A stretch of DNA of 64,000 nucleotides, taken from NCBI GenBank assembly GCA_046546095.1, contig JBKGYK010000003.1:4220-68219 (forward strand), in the 5' to 3' direction. The notes below the pieces were generated by a model. The model saw nothing but the letters and a program-made list of their open reading frames with translations. It was not told the DNA's origin and searched no databases. The position numbers were made by a program, and so were the translations under genes. Source of the DNA: Bacteroidales bacterium. GTDB lineage: Bacteria > Bacteroidota > Bacteroidia > Bacteroidales > ML635J-15. Positions 59,375 to 64,000 of the stretch are shown here, piece after piece (within the stretch, counting starts at the first letter, position 1; every line of letters starts with the position of its first letter).

Positions 59375-59447
59375 ACGTATACACCAGATTTATACCGGCT
59401 TTTTGGTGCAATATTTGTTAAGTATTGATAAATAAAGAAATTTACTT

Positions 59448-59942
59448 ATGAAACGACTGATTCTTTTCACATTATTTTTTGGCCTGGCCATGATGCTAAA
59501 TGCCCAGGAACTGGCCAATGTTCAATTAAAAACCCTCGAAAGGCAAACTGTACAATCCCATGATGTCATTCAAAACGAAGACGGACCCATACTTCTCTGT
59601 TTCTGGGCAACCTGGTGCAAGCCCTGTATTAAAGAACTCAGTGCATATAACGAGATGTATCCTGACTGGGAAGAAGAAACCGGTGTAAAAATCATTCTCA
59701 TTTCCACCGACAATGCCAGAAGCATGCACCGCGTTGGCCCTTTTGTCAACGGTAAAGGCTGGGAATTTGATGTTTATGTGGATGCCAATTCTGACCTGAA
59801 GCGTGCCATGAATGTGGTCAATGTCCCTCACACATTTCTTCTCAATAATGATGGTGAAGTTGTATGGCAACACACATCATATATGGAGGGTGATGAAGAT
59901 AAAGTTTATGAAGAACTTCAAAAACTCACTGAATCTGAATAG
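59448..59942 (+). CDS. TlpA/ResA-like periplasmic thiol-disulfide oxidoreductase
   Basis: Signal peptide, FWATWCKPCIKE active site (CKPC at 59616..59627), 164 aa. Confidence 0.85.
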   Translation: MKRLILFTLFFGLAMMLNAQELANVQLKTLERQTVQSHDVIQNEDGPILLCFWATWCKPCIKELSAYNEMYPDWEEETGVKIILISTDNARSMHRVGPFVNGKGWEFDVYVDANSDLKRAMNVVNVPHTFLLNNDGEVVWQHTSYMEGDEDKVYEELQKLTESE

Positions 59943-59982
59943 GCTTTGATTATTTTAAAGTTCAGCAAAATCCGATCAATTC

Positions 59983-61629
59983 ATGAAAAATTTCTTCAGG
60001 TATCTGCCTTTCCTGTTTATCCTGATAACAGGTAAGCTCACAGCTCAGGAAGGCAGAATAACGGGCAATTTTCAGGGTGATTTTCAGTACTACTTATCTG
60101 ATTCCAGCATCAATGCTGTAGCCCCTGATGAACAATTACTGATGAATTCATACGCCAATTTCACCTTTACCAAAGGCAACTTCAGCGCCGGACTTCGTTA
60201 TGAAGGCTATTTGAATACCCTTGCAGGTTTTCCCGGCGAAGATGGGAGAAATGACGGTATTGGCATCCCTCACAGATGGGCAACATTTTCAAAAAACGGA
60301 CTGCAAATTACCGCTGGTAATTTTTATGAACAATTTGGCAATGGGCTTGCCCTGAGAACATACGAAGAGAAAAACCTGGGTATCGACAATTCCCTGGATG
60401 GAGTACGTGTTAAGTACAATCCAATCTTTGGCATCAACCTGACCGGTCTGGTGGGAAAACAACGACATTATTTTGACTATGGCCCTGGTATTGTCCGTGG
60501 TTTTGACGGAGAAATCGGCATCAATGACATCATCCCTTCACTGATGGACAAACGACTTAGATTAACAATGGGTGGAAGCTTTGTCAGCAAATTCCAGGAA
60601 GATAATGACCCGGTATATGTGCTCCCGGAAAATGTAGCGACATCAGCAGCACGCCTCAACATCAACTACGGGCTGCTTAACCTGGCAACGGAATACGCCT
60701 ACAAAATCAATGATCCCAGTCAGGAAAACAATTACATCTACCGGCCGGGGCAGGCATTCCTGGCCACAGCAACCTATTCAAAAAGTGGGTTGGGAGTTTT
60801 TCTTACCACCAAATGGGTTGACAACATGTCTTATCGCAGCGATCGAAACGCAACACTTACCGACCTCAACATCAACCACCTGCCGGAAATAAGCAAGAAT
60901 CATGCTTATACCCTTTCTGCTTATTATCCTTATGCTACTCAACCCAACGGTGAATGGGGAATTCAGGCCGAAGTTTTTTATAAATTTAAGCGTAAATCAA
61001 CGCTCGGCGGCAAATACGGAACCATGCTGGCCTTGAATTATACCAGGGTACATGATATTAGTCGCCAGCAAATTTCAGACTCCATTCCCATTGGTGCCAG
61101 AGGAACAAAAGGTTACAAAACAGATTTTTTCAGCATGGGTGAAGAATTATTTTTTCAGGACATCAATGTAGAAATCAATAAAAAAGTGTCCAAAGATTTC
61201 AAGATGATCCTCACCTGGCAAAACATTATACTGAATAATGAGGTTTTAAAACAGTCTGATTATCACGACATGATCAAAGCAAACATTGCCATAGCTGACC
61301 TTACTTATAAATTCAATTCAAGGAAAAGCCTCAGAGGAGAATTTCAAACCATGTTTACCGAACAGGATAAAGGTGACTGGGCCATGGTGTTGTTTGAATA
61401 CAGCATGCCGCATTTTTTCTTCAGCATTATGGACAACTGGAATTACGGCAATCCCAACAAAAACGAACGATTTCATTATTACACGGCAGGTCTGGGTTAC
61501 GTCAATGGCGGGAATCGTATTCAGATTTCCTACGGGAAACAACGTCAGGGTGTCATGTGTGTAGGCGGTGTCTGTCGTACCGTTCCTGCATCCAATGGCG
61601 TCATGCTTTCAATATCCAGTACTTTTTAA
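59983..61629 (+). CDS. Predicted outer-membrane beta-barrel protein (I recall this type as DUF6029 family)
   Basis: Signal peptide (LFILITGKLTAQ), GNFYEQFGNGLALRTYEEKNLGIDNSLDG segment, C-terminal MCVGGVCRTVPA (C-x4-C at 61558..61575), ends SISSTF. Confidence 0.6.
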   Translation: MKNFFRYLPFLFILITGKLTAQEGRITGNFQGDFQYYLSDSSINAVAPDEQLLMNSYANFTFTKGNFSAGLRYEGYLNTLAGFPGEDGRNDGIGIPHRWATFSKNGLQITAGNFYEQFGNGLALRTYEEKNLGIDNSLDGVRVKYNPIFGINLTGLVGKQRHYFDYGPGIVRGFDGEIGINDIIPSLMDKRLRLTMGGSFVSKFQEDNDPVYVLPENVATSAARLNINYGLLNLATEYAYKINDPSQENNYIYRPGQAFLATATYSKSGLGVFLTTKWVDNMSYRSDRNATLTDLNINHLPEISKNHAYTLSAYYPYATQPNGEWGIQAEVFYKFKRKSTLGGKYGTMLALNYTRVHDISRQQISDSIPIGARGTKGYKTDFFSMGEELFFQDINVEINKKVSKDFKMILTWQNIILNNEVLKQSDYHDMIKANIAIADLTYKFNSRKSLRGEFQTMFTEQDKGDWAMVLFEYSMPHFFFSIMDNWNYGNPNKNERFHYYTAGLGYVNGGNRIQISYGKQRQGVMCVGGVCRTVPASNGVMLSISSTF

Positions 61630-61641
61630 TTATTATCAGTC

Positions 61642-62502
61642 ATGAAACAGTTACTCAAATACCTAAGCATAGTTTTGATTGCAGGCAGTGTGTTTATTGC
61701 CTGCGACAAAATAGAAGAACCCTATGTAGAAGAAAATGCAAACATATGGAACGGAAGAAAGGTACTGATGCTTGATCTCACAGGACATCACTGCCCAAAC
61801 TGCCCTGAGGGACACCGCACATTAGAAGATTTGCAAAATTCCTTTGGAGAAGCCATCGTTCCTGTGGCAATTCATGCAACCTATTTTGCACGACACGGCA
61901 ATGATTCTACTGAACCTTTTTACTACGACTTCACCTGCCCTACAGGCATAGAGCTTGGAGGAGACACACAGGGCGGTGCAGGCTATTTTAACATATTTGG
62001 TCTGCCGGTAGCTGCCGTCAATAATTTTAATCCCGAAGGACTCTCAAATCCCGGAGAATGGGGTGGAATCATATCTGACTTCCTCGGCCTGTATCCTGAA
62101 TTTACCATCGAAATCAGCAGTAATTACAATCCCAATAAGCTGGAAATAAGTGCTGATGTGGAGATTCAGGCAGAAGTGGCGTCTGTCAGGAATCTCAAGC
62201 TTGGTGTTTACCTCACCGAATCTCATATTATCAACTGGCAGGAAGACGATGCAGCCGAAGAATCTCCGGTGCCGGACTATGAACACAATCATGTGCTCAG
62301 AGCAAGTATGAACGGCAGTTTTGGCGAATCAGTCAATACTTCGAACAATGAAATTACTCCCGGAGACATGTTCAGCAAATCATACACAATTCAGCGTGGT
62401 GATGACTGGGTTCCGGAAAACATGCATGTTCTTGCCTTCGTTTATGATACCGATACATATGAAGTATTGCAGGCTGAAGAGATTCTCCTGATTGAAGAAT
62501 AA
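61642..62502 (+). CDS. Omp28-related outer-membrane lipoprotein with a thioredoxin-like CxxC
   Basis: Lipoprotein signal (LIAGSVFIAC), LDLTGHHCPNCPEGH (CPNC at 61792..61803), 286 aa, 12 nt after the barrel gene. Confidence 0.65.
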   Translation: MKQLLKYLSIVLIAGSVFIACDKIEEPYVEENANIWNGRKVLMLDLTGHHCPNCPEGHRTLEDLQNSFGEAIVPVAIHATYFARHGNDSTEPFYYDFTCPTGIELGGDTQGGAGYFNIFGLPVAAVNNFNPEGLSNPGEWGGIISDFLGLYPEFTIEISSNYNPNKLEISADVEIQAEVASVRNLKLGVYLTESHIINWQEDDAAEESPVPDYEHNHVLRASMNGSFGESVNTSNNEITPGDMFSKSYTIQRGDDWVPENMHVLAFVYDTDTYEVLQAEEILLIEE

Positions 62503-62545
62503 AACCGGCTGAACAAAATCTGTCATTTTTTATTATCTTCACCTT

Positions 62546-63193
62546 ATGAATCATTTGACAAGCACTATACTCATAGGGTTTATGGCAACCCTTCTGTCCT
62601 CCCCGGTTTTGTCCCAGGATTTTAGTGGTGGAATTTGCGCTGGTCCGGTAATTACCCAATACAACGGTGATAATGTTGGCGGATACAACAAAATCGGTCC
62701 GAAAGCCGGAATTTTTGTGCGCAGAGAGATGCCCGGCAAACTCGATTACCAGATTGACATGATTTTTGTCCAAAAGGGAAGTAAATACAAAAACAGGGAA
62801 ATCGTGGATTATTATAATCTGCGATTGCGCTATATTGAAGTACCCTTTACCCTGCAGTACCTCACTGACAAACTGGAAATACCGGGATTTTTTCGCTGGC
62901 AGCTTGAAAATGAAATCGGCCTGGAAGTTGGTTTGGGTGCAGCATACCTTCTGGAAGCCAAAGAAGATGACGATGGAGGAGGCTGGCTCAATGAGCCGGT
63001 AAAACCTTTCAGAAAATACGATATCACAGCCCATGCAGGTCTGGCATACTTTATCAATGAAAACTGGTTTTTGAATTTCCGATACAGTTACAGTATATTG
63101 CCTGTGCGGGATCATCCCGGGGGACAAACCTGGTTGATCGACTGGGGAGAATACAACAATGTGCTGCATTTTACTGTTAATTATGCATTCTGA
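62546..63193 (+). CDS. Small outer-membrane beta-barrel protein (PorT / OMP_b-brl_2-like)
   Basis: Signal peptide, LRLRYIEVPFTLQY strand typical of PorT-like barrels, ends HFTVNYAF; 215 aa. Confidence 0.65.
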   Translation: MNHLTSTILIGFMATLLSSPVLSQDFSGGICAGPVITQYNGDNVGGYNKIGPKAGIFVRREMPGKLDYQIDMIFVQKGSKYKNREIVDYYNLRLRYIEVPFTLQYLTDKLEIPGFFRWQLENEIGLEVGLGAAYLLEAKEDDDGGGWLNEPVKPFRKYDITAHAGLAYFINENWFLNFRYSYSILPVRDHPGGQTWLIDWGEYNNVLHFTVNYAF

Positions 63194-63194
63194 T

Positions 63195-63743
63195 ATGCAA
63201 AGAAAAATCGTGATAGCAATTACAGGAGCAAGTGGCAGCATTTATGCCCAACGCCTGATATCAAAACTGGAGCAGTTACCAAACCCACCGCAGTTGGCAC
63301 TGGTAATGTCGGAGGTTGCAATAAAAGTGTGGGAGACAGAATTGGAATCCCTTCCAAAATACAATCATCAGATTTTTGATGCCGGCGATTTCATGGCACC
63401 TTTTGCTTCCGGATCATCAGTTTGGAACAGTATGGTAATTGTACCCTGCACTATGGGCAGTCTGGGGAAAATTGCCAACGGTATAGCGGACAACCTGATT
63501 ACCCGTGCCGCAGATGTGTTTTTGAAAGAAAGAAAACAGTTGATACTGGTGCCACGCGAGACACCGTTCAATCACATTCACCTTGAAAACATGAAACATC
63601 TCAATCTGGCAGGTGCACTTATCATGCCGGCATCCCCTTCGTTTTATTCACGTCCGCAAAGTATTATTTCTCTGGTTGATACACTGGTGAACCGCATTAT
63701 GGATCATTTGGGTTATCCACCTGAAGATGCCCAGCGCTGGTAA
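63195..63743 (+). CDS. ubiX: Flavin prenyltransferase UbiX
   Basis: IVIAITGASGSIYA N-terminus, VIVPCTMGSLGKIANG. Start trimmed to the ATG at 63195, 1 nt after the preceding stop. Confidence 0.9.
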   Translation: MQRKIVIAITGASGSIYAQRLISKLEQLPNPPQLALVMSEVAIKVWETELESLPKYNHQIFDAGDFMAPFASGSSVWNSMVIVPCTMGSLGKIANGIADNLITRAADVFLKERKQLILVPRETPFNHIHLENMKHLNLAGALIMPASPSFYSRPQSIISLVDTLVNRIMDHLGYPPEDAQRW

Positions 63744-63750
63744 GTCAAAA

Positions 63751-64000
63751 TCAACTGTCTGCCATACCAATACTGGCAATACTAACCCTGGCATCTTTTG
63801 CCCCGAGCAAAGCATGCGCACACGCTTCGATGGTGGCTCCGGTGGTGATTACATCATCCACAAGCAAAACATGTTTACCGGAAAGCTCCTCAGGATTCCT
63901 GACAGCAAATACTTCAGAAACATTCTCCCAACGATCATAACGGCCTTTTTTTGTCTGGGTTTTTGTAAACACCTTGCGATAAAGGTTTTCATTGCTGACC
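63751..64000 (-). CDS. ComF family / phosphoribosyltransferase-domain protein, C-terminal part only (5-prime end is right of the window)
   Basis: [22 protein letters not shown]-binding loop. The reading frame stays open to the window edge. Confidence 0.7.
   Translation of the reverse strand, partial: VSNENLYRKVFTKTQTKKGRYDRWENVSEVFAVRNPEELSGKHVLLVDDVITTGATIEACAHALLGAKDARVSIASIGMADS

Noticed and set aside
62372-63241. 289-aa minus-strand ORF spanning the end of the Omp28-like gene, all of the PorT-like gene and the ubiX start
   Set aside because: It lies antisense to three well-supported plus-strand genes. Its translation is low-complexity with no motif, signal or domain, and it crosses two intergenic gaps. 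I treat it as a shadow ORF.

Overview
This 64-kb chromosomal segment looks like Bacteroidota. The evidence is the T9SS translocon gene sprA, two proteins ending in T9SS type-A C-terminal sorting domains, TTTG/TAnnTTTG promoter motifs, atpBEFHAG separated from atpDC, and an 80-aa epsilon subunit. I call 54 protein-coding genes at roughly 90 percent coding density.

Most of the content is housekeeping:
- Cofactor and Fe-S: ribD, sufB-(unknown)-sufC-sufD, ubiX.
- Envelope and sugar: rfbB, waaA, lpxK, an HldE-kinase-like gene, and a WbpD/WbpB/WbpA-like UDP-sugar trio.
- Core metabolism: class II ribonucleotide reductase, ruvA, gcvH, ispD, hemW, purine nucleoside phosphorylase, metK.
- Energy and transport: a bactofilin-led F-type ATP synthase operon, two divergent phosphate transporters, a sugar MFS transporter with a kinase, and a polyprenyl synthase.

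I saw no rRNA, tRNA, CRISPR array, transposase/integrase or long DNA repeat.

The least explained content, and my best candidates for something undescribed:
1. 57.2-63.7 kb: three CxxC thioredoxin-fold proteins predicted in three envelope locations (T9SS-secreted, periplasmic, outer-membrane lipoprotein), interleaved with two beta-barrel proteins.
2. A 1154-aa orphan beta-barrel protein divergent from a small OMP gene and waaA.
3. A sigma-54-type activator with no DNA-binding domain and a GAFTSA loop, abutting (1-nt gap) a divergent aspartase-family lyase gene.
4. An unknown helical protein wedged inside the suf operon.

All product calls come from motif recognition and recalled family knowledge. 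No database search or folding calculation was run.
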